Assembly (NCBI GenBank): GCA_027620075.1
Contig: JAQCEY010000001.1
Span: forward strand, 448,718 to 512,717
Origin: Pseudomonadota bacterium
GTDB taxonomy: Bacteria > Pseudomonadota > Alphaproteobacteria > Rickettsiales > UBA6187
Reading direction: 5' to 3'
Length of the DNA: 64,000 nt
Shown piece by piece: positions 1 to 8,996 of this stretch. Every line of letters begins with the position of its first letter. The first letter of the stretch is position 1. The position numbers and the translations under genes were made by a program. The notes beneath the pieces are model-generated. The model was given only the letters and a program-made list of their open reading frames with translations. It was not told the origin of the DNA and made no database searches.

Positions 1-534
1 CTTAGTTTTCACTACGGCAAGCACCATAACGCATATGTTACCAACCTTAACAAACTAATTGAAGGCACTGAGTTTGCCGGATCTTCTTTAGAAGAGATAG
101 TTGCAAAATCCGAAGGCGGCATATTCAATAATGCGGCTCAGGTTTGGAACCATACATTTTACTGGAACTCAATGAAGCCAAATGGCGGCGGCACTCCCGA
201 AGGTGAACTTGCCGACAAAATCAATGAGGCATTCGGCAGTTTTGATAAGTTCAGGGAAGAGTTTGCTAATGCGGCTGCCACCCAGTTCGGTAGCGGATGG
301 GCATGGCTGGTGCTAGATGGAGGGAAATTAAAGATAGTAAAAACCTCAAATGCAGAAACACCTCTCACCAAAGGTCAAAAACCGTTGCTAACTATTGATG
401 TTTGGGAACATGCATATTATCTGGACTTCCAGAATAAACGTCCTGATTATATACAGACTTTCTTAAACAACCTTGTAAATTGGGATTTTGCCGCTGAAAA
501 TCTAGCTAATGCAAAAAATGCAAAAGCTGCATAA
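1..534 (+). CDS. sodB: Fe/Mn-type superoxide dismutase, 5' end cut by the window edge
   Basis: Frame 1 is open from base 1 ([17 protein letters not shown]...[13 protein letters not shown]...[18 protein letters not shown]), which are classic Fe-SOD motifs. The stop is at 532-534. Confidence 0.9.
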   Translation, partial: LSFHYGKHHNAYVTNLNKLIEGTEFAGSSLEEIVAKSEGGIFNNAAQVWNHTFYWNSMKPNGGGTPEGELADKINEAFGSFDKFREEFANAAATQFGSGWAWLVLDGGKLKIVKTSNAETPLTKGQKPLLTIDVWEHAYYLDFQNKRPDYIQTFLNNLVNWDFAAENLANAKNAKAA

Positions 535-559
535 TATACTTAATAACTAAAAAATAATT

Positions 560-591
560 ATACCCGGTTAGTAAATAGCCGGGTATTTTTT
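560..591 (+). terminator. Rho-independent terminator after sodB
   Basis: Stem atacccgg (560-567) pairs with ccgggtat (579-586) and is followed by a T-run. Confidence 0.55.
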
Positions 592-961
592 ATACCGGTA
601 TCAGTGCAGCAGCCACCTTTCGCCCCTCGGCAAGAAGCACGTTATATGTCCTGCACGCAGCACCGGTGGTCATAATTTCAACGCCTACACCCTTTTTTTG
701 CAACTCGATGGCTATATTGCTATCAAGCGGTTTGTGTTCTAAACCGCAACCTATAAGCAATATCTCTAATTCATCATATGAGATGACATCGTTAAATGAA
801 TTTACCGATATATCCTGATGCGATTCTACCTGCCAGACAAAAACTTCTTCAGGCAGCACTATGATGCTTGAATTATGTTCATCATCATTAACCTTAAAGG
901 TCATGTTGCCATAACCTTTTATAACATTTTGTCCTTTAGGAATTACAGGTGTGATATCCAT
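590..961 (-). CDS. Mth938/DUF498 (NDUFAF3-like) domain protein
   Basis: 123-aa ORF whose start overlaps the secD stop (TAATG). The family call rests on size, position after secD and sequence resemblance (KGYGNMTFKVN...LLIGCG...IEIMTTGAACRTYNVL). Confidence 0.6.
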   Translation of the reverse strand: MDITPVIPKGQNVIKGYGNMTFKVNDDEHNSSIIVLPEEVFVWQVESHQDISVNSFNDVISYDELEILLIGCGLEHKPLDSNIAIELQKKGVGVEIMTTGAACRTYNVLLAEGRKVAAALIPV

Positions 962-2526
962 TAGAATGCAAGTTTTGTCGGTCGTTTTTTCTTAAGCCAA
1001 GTAACCACCATTAACCTTGTCAGTAATATAGCGGAGAACATTGAAGCTAATATCCCGACTGAAAGCGTTACCGCAAATCCCTTTATAGGTCCCGAACCGA
1101 AAATATAAAGCAATAATGCCGCTATCAAAGTTGTAGTGTTTGAATCTATAATTGTCTTGAACGCCTGCTGAAATCCGTTATCTACGGCCGCAAACGGGGT
1201 TTTACCGTTACTTATCTCTTCCCTTATCCTTTCAAATATAAGAACATTTGCATCTACTGCCATACCCATGGTAAGCACTATACCTGCAATGCCGGGTAGT
1301 GTTAAAGTAGCACCGAACACTGATATAACCGCCAAAATAAGCACCATATTTAAAATAAGTGCAATATCGGAAAACAGTCCGAACAAGCCGTAAGATACAA
1401 ACATAAACACTATAACCAGCACTATACCTACCGCTATAGCTTTTTTACCCGCTGCGATAGAATCCGCTCCAAGACTAGGCCCTACCGTACGCTCCTCAAC
1501 AATCTTCAATTCAGCAGGTAACGCACCGGCTCTCAATAATAGAGCCAGATTGCTTGCTTCCCTAGTAGTAAAATTACCCGTTATCTGAGGTTTACCGTCC
1601 AAAATAACCGATTGAATTTGGGGGGCGGTTAGGACTTTGCCGTCTAAAACTATGGCGAAAGGCTTCTTCAGATTTTCTTTGGTGATTCCTGCAAATTTCT
1701 TTGCCCCCAGACTATTAAATGTCAAATTAACCGCAGGTCTTCCAAATTGGTCGAAAGACGAGCTTGCACCGGTTAACAGCTCCCCTGTTAAAAGAATCCT
1801 GTTCTTTACGGCAAAAGCTGCTGTTCCGTCCTCACTATAAAGCCTTTTTGTCCCCGGAGGTACAGGTCCGCGTGTAGTATCGGGATAAGGGAGAGAATCG
1901 TCCAGCAAATGAAACGTAAGTTTAGCGGTCTTACCCAAAATTTCCTTTAGGTTTTCAGGGTCACTTAATCCCGGAACCTGTAATAATATCCTGTTATCAC
2001 CCTGACGCTGTATGTCAGGCTCTCTTGTTCCCGTCTCATCAACCCTTCTTCTAACTATCTCAATGGACTGATCCATAACTTTTTTCAGCATTTGTTCCAA
2101 TGCATTTTTATTATATCCGACAGAAACCTTACCTTCGGTATTCGTAACTTCCAGTTCGCTTGAAACTTCCTTGATTATTGTAGTCACTTCGGGCGCTATT
2201 GACGGGTCGGTCAGTTCAAAAACGATTTTTTCACCGATAACATTTATACCGCCCGTATAACCTATTCTTTCACCGTTAACCTTCTCGTCCCTGAATACGG
2301 TTCTAATCTCTGAAGCGACAGATTGCAAATCCTCTTTGAGGTAAGTTTTAAAATCCACTTCCAAAAGCAGATATGAGCCTCCCTGCAAGTCCAGCCCTAA
2401 ATTCACCCTTGAATCAGGCAAAAACCCTACCTTTTTATCTCCCATAAAATTAGGCAGGCTAAAAATAACTGCAAACAGGCAGACTGCTGCAATAAAAGTT
2501 ATTTTTAAATATGAAAAATTAAGCAT
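961..2526 (-). CDS. secD: Protein translocase subunit SecD
   Basis: 521 aa with an N-terminal TM segment, a large periplasmic domain and a C-terminal 5-TM block (GPSLGADSI...GIAGIVLTMGMAVDANVLIFERIREE). It lies directly downstream of yajC. Confidence 0.9.
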   Translation of the reverse strand: MLNFSYLKITFIAAVCLFAVIFSLPNFMGDKKVGFLPDSRVNLGLDLQGGSYLLLEVDFKTYLKEDLQSVASEIRTVFRDEKVNGERIGYTGGINVIGEKIVFELTDPSIAPEVTTIIKEVSSELEVTNTEGKVSVGYNKNALEQMLKKVMDQSIEIVRRRVDETGTREPDIQRQGDNRILLQVPGLSDPENLKEILGKTAKLTFHLLDDSLPYPDTTRGPVPPGTKRLYSEDGTAAFAVKNRILLTGELLTGASSSFDQFGRPAVNLTFNSLGAKKFAGITKENLKKPFAIVLDGKVLTAPQIQSVILDGKPQITGNFTTREASNLALLLRAGALPAELKIVEERTVGPSLGADSIAAGKKAIAVGIVLVIVFMFVSYGLFGLFSDIALILNMVLILAVISVFGATLTLPGIAGIVLTMGMAVDANVLIFERIREEISNGKTPFAAVDNGFQQAFKTIIDSNTTTLIAALLLYIFGSGPIKGFAVTLSVGILASMFSAILLTRLMVVTWLKKKRPTKLAF

Positions 2527-2535
2527 TTTTCTAAC

Positions 2536-2901
2536 CTATTTCTTTTTCGGTTCTTGCTTAGCTAAATCTTTTTTAGCCCTTTCAATCGCAGAATTATTCC
2601 TTGTGATAGTGTTACGCATAACTTTTACTACCGTATCGGCTGCAATTTCGACCTCTAATATAGTATCTTCAACTTTTCTCACCTTACCCACAATGCCGCC
2701 GCCGGTAACTATCTCATCACCTTTCTTGGTAGCCTCTATCATATTGCTATGTTGTTTTATTTCCTTTTGCTTGGGTCTTATTATGAACATATAAAAAATA
2801 AAAAATATAAGTAATAGCGGCAATAAATTAGCCATTGTACCGGGTTCTTGCGGAACTTGTGCTTCATTTGATTGAGCTATAGCTTCAGATATAAATAACA
2901 T
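2536..2901 (-). CDS. yajC: Preprotein translocase subunit YajC
   Basis: Single TM segment followed by LLPLLLIFFIFYMFIIRPKQK...GDEIVTGGGIVGKV, the YajC signature. Confidence 0.85.
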   Translation of the reverse strand: MLFISEAIAQSNEAQVPQEPGTMANLLPLLLIFFIFYMFIIRPKQKEIKQHSNMIEATKKGDEIVTGGGIVGKVRKVEDTILEVEIAADTVVKVMRNTITRNNSAIERAKKDLAKQEPKKK

Positions 2902-2987
2902 TCTTTATTCCTTTTATTATTTTCTTGATATTAATATACGCATTATGCAGGTTTCGCAAGATATTATAACCTGATTTTTTTAGCATA

Positions 2988-4121
2988 CTAGCCGGTCGGC
3001 AAATAAGATTGCGGGTTTATAGCCTTTCTTCCCTTTCTGATGCTGAAGTGCAACTGCGGAACCGATACATGCCCCGTACTGCCTACAGAGGCTATTTTCT
3101 GCCCCTTACTTACACTATCACCTTTTCTTACGAATATATCTCTTGCATGCGCATATGCGGTAACATAGCCGTTGGAATGTTTCAATAAAATAAGATTTCC
3201 ATACCCTCTAAGCTCGTTTCCGGCATATACAACCTTGCCGTTATCGGCAGCCACAACATCGCTACCCTCGGCCGCCCTTATGTTTATACCGTCATTATAC
3301 AGACCGCCTTTTTTTGGTCCGAACCTTGAAATTATAGTCCCGCTTGTCGGCCATCTGAATCCGCTTGCCGCATAATCTTTGCTATTATAGCTAGGAGGAG
3401 TGTAAGATGCCGGTTCATATTCCTTTTTTGTATTGCCCGCCGTTACCGTGCCGGGTTTTAGGTGCGGTGCGGGGTTGTTATTAGGTCTGAGTTTAGGAAC
3501 AATACCGCCGCCCTCACCTGATTGTAAAGTTGCCGTGTCCGTTCCTAATTTTACTTCTTTAGGCAATATAACTTGCGGGGCGTTGGGTAAGCTATTGATT
3601 CTACCCAAATCCTTTTCAACAACTGACGCAGTTTTTTGCTCCCCTACAAAAAAATCTTCTTTGTCTACAGTTTCTTTTTTTGCAATAGTCTGATAATATT
3701 CTGTAGAACTAGGAATACTCAGCTTAGTACCCACCCTTATTATATATGGCTCGGATATGTTATTTACATGTATCAGACGGCTAAGGTCAACACCATAGCT
3801 ACGTGAAACCGCATACAAAGTATCACCCTCTTTTACCATGTGGAATTTAGCTTTAGGTAATTTCAGCACCTCATCAGGAGTTAGAATATACGGGGGACGC
3901 AGGTTGTTTATTTCTATCAGATCACGTATACCAACGCCATACTGCTTGGATATAGTATATAGGTTATCACCGCTTTTTACAGTTATTTTAAAAGGATTTA
4001 TCCTGTAATCAAAATTGCTTGAATAGCTGTTACGGTTTTCTACCAAAGCAGGGCTTTGCGTACATGCCCCGGCAAAAAAAAGTGTGAGAATAATAGATAT
4101 ATTTCTATATAGAACTTTCAA
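2988..4121 (-). CDS. LysM-domain M23 peptidase lipoprotein (NlpD-like)
   Basis: Lipobox FFAGAC, two LysM repeats (GDNLYTISKQYGV / GDTLYAVSRSYGV) and a C-terminal M23 motif (GINIRAAEGSDVVAADNGKVVYAG...GYGNLILLKHSNGYVTAYAH). Confidence 0.85.
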   Translation of the reverse strand: MKVLYRNISIILTLFFAGACTQSPALVENRNSYSSNFDYRINPFKITVKSGDNLYTISKQYGVGIRDLIEINNLRPPYILTPDEVLKLPKAKFHMVKEGDTLYAVSRSYGVDLSRLIHVNNISEPYIIRVGTKLSIPSSTEYYQTIAKKETVDKEDFFVGEQKTASVVEKDLGRINSLPNAPQVILPKEVKLGTDTATLQSGEGGGIVPKLRPNNNPAPHLKPGTVTAGNTKKEYEPASYTPPSYNSKDYAASGFRWPTSGTIISRFGPKKGGLYNDGINIRAAEGSDVVAADNGKVVYAGNELRGYGNLILLKHSNGYVTAYAHARDIFVRKGDSVSKGQKIASVGSTGHVSVPQLHFSIRKGRKAINPQSYLPTG

Positions 4122-4150
4122 AATACCTTTAACCTATAATTCACATTAAA

Positions 4151-4483
4151 TCACCCTGAAGATGCTATTTTAAACTCATTGGGGATAGTGCTTTTAATTT
4201 CCTCAGGATATTCTTTTACTTTTTTCACCTGTGCCATTGCCGAACCTTTATAGCACCTTGAAGCAATTTCTTTTACAACAGACTGCTTGCCATACAAAAC
4301 AGCCTCAACGGAACCGTTTGACTTATTTTTTACCCAGCCGGTTATCCCGCTTTCGGTACAAACTCCTTTGAGCCAGTTACGGTATCCTATTCCCTGAACC
4401 TTGCCTTCAATAACTAGCCTTAAACAATATATATCGCTTTTAACTTTAGGCTTACCGTCACCAAAACCCGGCTCATCATGCAT
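4151..4483 (-). CDS. Acylphosphatase
   Basis: LVIEGKVQGIGYRNW...GWVKNKSNGSVEAVL matches the acylphosphatase V-x-G-x-V-Q-G-V-x-F-R pattern. It overlaps the pccA 3' end by 8 nt. Confidence 0.75.
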   Translation of the reverse strand: MHDEPGFGDGKPKVKSDIYCLRLVIEGKVQGIGYRNWLKGVCTESGITGWVKNKSNGSVEAVLYGKQSVVKEIASRCYKGSAMAQVKKVKEYPEEIKSTIPNEFKIASSG

Positions 4484-6467
4484 TTTCGTACTCTATAACT
4501 ACTTGTCCATAGGTAGTATTATCATTAGCATTAAGATAAACCTTCTTGATTTTGGCATCTTTTTCAGCACAGATAATATTTTCCATTTTCATGGCTTCTA
4601 ATATAAAAAGCTCTTGCCCCTGTTTAACTTTATCGCCGTCTTTTACTTTAATGTCAACAATAACTCCTGATATAGGAGCCTCAACCTTGGAAGAATCAAC
4701 ACCGCTTTTAGGCTCAGGCATATATCTGTCAAGCTCTGCAACCCTTGGCGTGCGAACGGATATTTTTACTTTTGCACCGGCGTGGGTTAAATAAAAACCG
4801 CCTGCAAAATATTCTATCTGCACATTTACAGGAATACCGTCAACCTCGCCGTGGAACAGCCTGTTACCGAGTATCCAAGCACTTTTTATTACCATCTGCG
4901 ACCTGTCATGCAGCACCTCATAACCGGAATGAATTGACTTAACATAGACGGAGAAACTTTCATCATCAACGTTAACCACCCATTTATTGCCTATCAGCCT
5001 TTGCCTTCCCTCTAGCTGCCCTGTTATAGTCCCTGCCCTTTTTACATCTTCTAAAAATATATGAATCGCTACGCATAAGAATATTCTTGTAGTTTCCGAA
5101 GTAAGTTCCGCACCGAAAAATCCGTCAGGGTATTCTTCTGCAATAAAGTTTGTGGAAATATCACCTGACGCAAATTTAGAATGCCCCATAACCGCTTCTA
5201 AAAAGCTGATATTGTGCGATATTCCTCTTATAACATATTCACCTAATGCCGTTTGCATTCTTTCGATCGCTTCTTTTCTGTCTTTGCCGTATGTAATCAG
5301 CTTTGCTATCATAGCATCATAGAACATGCTTACCTGACCGCCTTCATAGATACCCGTATCGACCCTGACATTAGTATTTGACTCAGGTTCTTTATATTCG
5401 GATATCCTACCGCTTGAAGGAAGGAAGCCGCGAGACGGGTCTTCGGCATATATCCTTGACTCGATAGCCCAGCCGTTTAATTTTACATCTTCCTGCTTTA
5501 ATTCTAATTTTTTGCCATATGCTATATTTATCATCTGCTCTACAAGGTCAAGTCCGGTAACATATTCGGTTACCGGGTGTTCCACCTGAAGTCTTGTATT
5601 CATCTCTAAAAAGTAGAATTTTTTATTAGAATCCATGATGAATTCAACAGTACCTGCCGAGTAATAGCTCACCTTTTTCGCAAGTGCCACACACTCTTTA
5701 TACATTGCCTGACGGGTCTTTTCATCAATGAACGAGCTTGGAGCTTCTTCAATAACCTTCTGGTTATGTCTTTGAATAGAGCATTCCCTTTCCCCAAGGC
5801 ATAGCGTATTACCGTATTTATCGGCCAACACCTGAATTTCAATGTGTCTTGGTTTTTCAATAAACTTTTCTATGAATATTCTGTCATCGCTGAAACTTTT
5901 CTTGGCTTCATTTGTTGCAGAGCGAAATGCGGACTTAACCTCATCTTTCGAATATACAACACGCATTCCTTTACCGCCACCACCTGCCGAGGCTTTTACC
6001 ATAACCGGATAACCGATATCAGTCGCTATTTTTACAGCCTCGTCTTCATCTTTTATAATTCCCATGTAACCGGGAATAGTGCTTACATTTGCCTCAATTG
6101 CTATTGTTTTAGCCTCAATTTTATCCCCCATCATTTTGATAGAATCCTGCGAAGGGCCGACGAATGCTACACCCTCTTTTTCAACAGCGCGTGCAAAGTT
6201 CATATTCTCGGATAGAAAGCCGTATCCGGGGTGAACCGCATCAGCACCGGTAGATACGATAGCGTCCATTATATTTTCAATATTAAGATAGCTTTGTGTG
6301 GAAGGTGAAGGCCCCACAAAAACCGCCTCATCAGCCATGCTTACATGTGCCGAGTTAGTATCCGCTTCAGAATATACCGCTACTGTTTTTATGCCCATTT
6401 TACGAGCGGTCTTAATGACTCTACAAGCGATTTCACCACGATTGGCTATTAATAATTTTTTGAACAT
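4476..6467 (-). CDS. pccA: Propionyl-CoA carboxylase alpha (biotin carboxylase/BCCP) subunit
   Basis: MFKKLLIANRGEIACRVI, an ATP-grasp region and a C-terminal biotinyl motif EAMKMEN. It is adjacent to pccB. Confidence 0.85.
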   Translation of the reverse strand: MFKKLLIANRGEIACRVIKTARKMGIKTVAVYSEADTNSAHVSMADEAVFVGPSPSTQSYLNIENIMDAIVSTGADAVHPGYGFLSENMNFARAVEKEGVAFVGPSQDSIKMMGDKIEAKTIAIEANVSTIPGYMGIIKDEDEAVKIATDIGYPVMVKASAGGGGKGMRVVYSKDEVKSAFRSATNEAKKSFSDDRIFIEKFIEKPRHIEIQVLADKYGNTLCLGERECSIQRHNQKVIEEAPSSFIDEKTRQAMYKECVALAKKVSYYSAGTVEFIMDSNKKFYFLEMNTRLQVEHPVTEYVTGLDLVEQMINIAYGKKLELKQEDVKLNGWAIESRIYAEDPSRGFLPSSGRISEYKEPESNTNVRVDTGIYEGGQVSMFYDAMIAKLITYGKDRKEAIERMQTALGEYVIRGISHNISFLEAVMGHSKFASGDISTNFIAEEYPDGFFGAELTSETTRIFLCVAIHIFLEDVKRAGTITGQLEGRQRLIGNKWVVNVDDESFSVYVKSIHSGYEVLHDRSQMVIKSAWILGNRLFHGEVDGIPVNVQIEYFAGGFYLTHAGAKVKISVRTPRVAELDRYMPEPKSGVDSSKVEAPISGVIVDIKVKDGDKVKQGQELFILEAMKMENIICAEKDAKIKKVYLNANDNTTYGQVVIEYENA

Positions 6468-6510
6468 ATTTTTTTACCTAATTCTACTTAACACTAAACT
6501 TGAAGATTCA

Positions 6511-8046
6511 CTACAGCGGCAAATTATCATGTTTTTTCCAAGGCTTATCTACCGTTTTACTCTCAAGAAAAGTCAACGCACGGCAGATTCTCCATCTGGT
6601 ATTTTGGGGGCGTATTACCTCATCAATAAAGCCCCTTGCAGCAGCGGCAAAAGGTGATGAGAATTTTTCAACATACTCGTCTGTCTTTTCCTTCATTTTT
6701 TCAGGGTCGTTAGCATGCTCACGGAACAATATCTGTGCCGCACCTTTTGGTCCCATAACAGCTATCTCGGCATTTGCCCACGCATAGTTAAGGTCACCCT
6801 TCAAGTGCTTGGAATTCATAACAATATACGCACCGCCATATGCTTTTCTGGTAATAACGGTGATTTTGGGAACGGTAGCTTCCGCATATGCGTATAATAA
6901 TTTTGCACCATGTTTTATTATTGCATCATGCTCTTGCGACACACCCGGCAAGAATCCCGGAACATCTACAAAAGTCACAAGCGGAATATTAAATGCATCA
7001 CAGAACCTGATGAATCTTGCAGCTTTCCTTGAAGCATCAATATCCAGACAACCTGCCAGATGCATCGGCTGATTAGCTACAAAACCAACCGTTCTGCCTT
7101 CCATTCTACCGAAACCGATAATTATATTTTTTGCAAAATCAGGCTGTAATTCATAAAAATCATTTTCATCTACCACCCTGTCGATAAGCTCACGCATATT
7201 ATATGGCTTATTAGGGTTATCAGGTACAAGTGTGTTCAATGACAAATCCACTCTGTCCGCATAGTCATGTGTATTCCTATCGGGAATAGGCTCACGGTTT
7301 GAACTAGGCAAGAAATTTATCAGCCTTCTTGCCTGAAGCAGTGCCTCAATATCATTATCAAACCCCAAATCTGCAACGCCTGTTTTAGCGGTATGCGTAT
7401 CGCAACCACCCAGTTCTTCACGTGTTACATCTTCATGTGTTACGGTTTTTACAACCTCAGGACCCGTAACGAACATATAAGAACTACCCCTGACCATAAA
7501 AATAAAGTCCGTCAGAGCAGGAGAATATACCGCACCGCCCGCACAAGGACCCATAATAAGCGATATCTGAGGTATAACACCCGATGCATCAACATTGTGC
7601 TGGAATATCTCGCCATAACCGCCCAAAGCGTTCACGCCCTCCTGTATCCTCGCACCGCCCGAATCATTAATACCGATAATAGGAGCACCTACTTTCATTG
7701 CCATATCCTGAATGCGACATATTTTTTCAGCATGAGCCTCGCCCAAAGAGCCGCCTAAAACCGTAAAGTCCTGTGAATACACAAACACAAGTCTTCCGTT
7801 TATAGTGCCGTGACCCGTAATAACGCCATCACCGGGGGTCTTGTTCTCACCCATACCGAAATCATGACAGCGATGCTCAACGAACATTCCGTATTCTTCG
7901 AAAGAATCAGGGTCAAGCAACACCTCAAGCCTTTCACGTGCCGTTAACTTACCGTTATTATGCTGTGCATCTATACGTTTTTGCCCACCGCCAAAACGTG
8001 CACTTTTCCTTTTATTTTCAAGCTGTTCTACAATTTTCGTTTTCAT
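6511..8046 (-). CDS. pccB: Propionyl-CoA carboxylase beta (carboxyltransferase) subunit
   Basis: [33 protein letters not shown] and full carboxyltransferase domains. The likely start is [10 protein letters not shown] at 8046, although the track ORF extends to 8109. Confidence 0.85.
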   Translation of the reverse strand: MKTKIVEQLENKRKSARFGGGQKRIDAQHNNGKLTARERLEVLLDPDSFEEYGMFVEHRCHDFGMGENKTPGDGVITGHGTINGRLVFVYSQDFTVLGGSLGEAHAEKICRIQDMAMKVGAPIIGINDSGGARIQEGVNALGGYGEIFQHNVDASGVIPQISLIMGPCAGGAVYSPALTDFIFMVRGSSYMFVTGPEVVKTVTHEDVTREELGGCDTHTAKTGVADLGFDNDIEALLQARRLINFLPSSNREPIPDRNTHDYADRVDLSLNTLVPDNPNKPYNMRELIDRVVDENDFYELQPDFAKNIIIGFGRMEGRTVGFVANQPMHLAGCLDIDASRKAARFIRFCDAFNIPLVTFVDVPGFLPGVSQEHDAIIKHGAKLLYAYAEATVPKITVITRKAYGGAYIVMNSKHLKGDLNYAWANAEIAVMGPKGAAQILFREHANDPEKMKEKTDEYVEKFSSPFAAAARGFIDEVIRPQNTRWRICRALTFLESKTVDKPWKKHDNLPL

Positions 8047-8221
8047 AGCAATACACTTATAATTTATAAATCGGTGTTGCAAACTAGCAGATGTTGCCCT
8101 ATGGGGCAATAAGGAAATTTAGACATCTTACTAACAAATTGTTTTATTAAAATCTTTTAATAAGCTTAGGCATATATTTTATTATCAAATTATCGGCTTA
8201 TATGATAAACTAAAAGAAGTT

Positions 8222-8899
8222 ATGAACGGCAATCCGAAACACAAAGGATTCACATTAATTGAATTATCAATAGTTATAGTGATAATCGGGTTAATAGTAG
8301 CCGGCATTGTAGGGGGACAAGCAATTGTTACTCAAGCAAAATTACGCTCGGTAATCTCGGATATCGATAAATACAAAATTGCAATAAACACATTTCAACT
8401 GGAATACAACGCTCTACCGGGCGACCTAGCTAACGCCGAAAGTTATTTTGGTGCCGCAAGCACTAACAACGGCAACGGAAATAGGCGGATAGACAATTAT
8501 ACAAGTGCTACAAACAATGAACAGCTACTTTTATGGCAGCACCTTTCACTAGCAAAAATAATAAGCGGAACATATAGCGGAGTAGGTGACGGCAGTCCAA
8601 ACAACGCTACTCCCGTAATAAACGTACCTACCGCATTCGGAGGAAAAAATTGTTTTGGATTCCGCCACAATACGGTTGGAATAGGCTGGATATCACCCCG
8701 CCCTCCAAGCCCAAGTCCTTTTTTAATAGTCGGCAGGGAAAGTAGCGATGGAGTGGAGCTAGATAAAGACTGCGTTTACAGCGGGTTCACAACTGCTGAC
8801 GCCTTTTCCATTGATAAAAAAATTGACGATGGTTTATCGCATGTCGGACTAATTTTTTCGTTTGAAGGAAAAGACTCAGGTGCAGCGGCAAATTGCTAA
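8222..8899 (+). CDS. Prepilin-type N-terminal cleavage/methylation domain protein (type IV pilin / pseudopilin-like), orphan
   Basis: KG|FTLIELSIVIVIIGLIVAG class III signal with Glu at +5. It is a paralog of the ORF at 46060-46881. Confidence 0.8.
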   Translation: MNGNPKHKGFTLIELSIVIVIIGLIVAGIVGGQAIVTQAKLRSVISDIDKYKIAINTFQLEYNALPGDLANAESYFGAASTNNGNGNRRIDNYTSATNNEQLLLWQHLSLAKIISGTYSGVGDGSPNNATPVINVPTAFGGKNCFGFRHNTVGIGWISPRPPSPSPFLIVGRESSDGVELDKDCVYSGFTTADAFSIDKKIDDGLSHVGLIFSFEGKDSGAAANC

Positions 8900-8955
8900 G
8901 ACTTCGCAACCGGAACATATACCCTAAGTGAAACGGTTGATAGATGCGTAATAAT

Positions 8956-8990
8956 GGTCAATAATATTTATTAAATTATTGACCGTTATT
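8956..8990. terminator. Hairpin between the convergent pilin-like gene and maeB
   Basis: Perfect 10-bp stem ggtcaataat (8956-8965) / attattgacc (8975-8984) with AT-rich flanks. Confidence 0.45.
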
Positions 8991-8996
8991 TTATAA

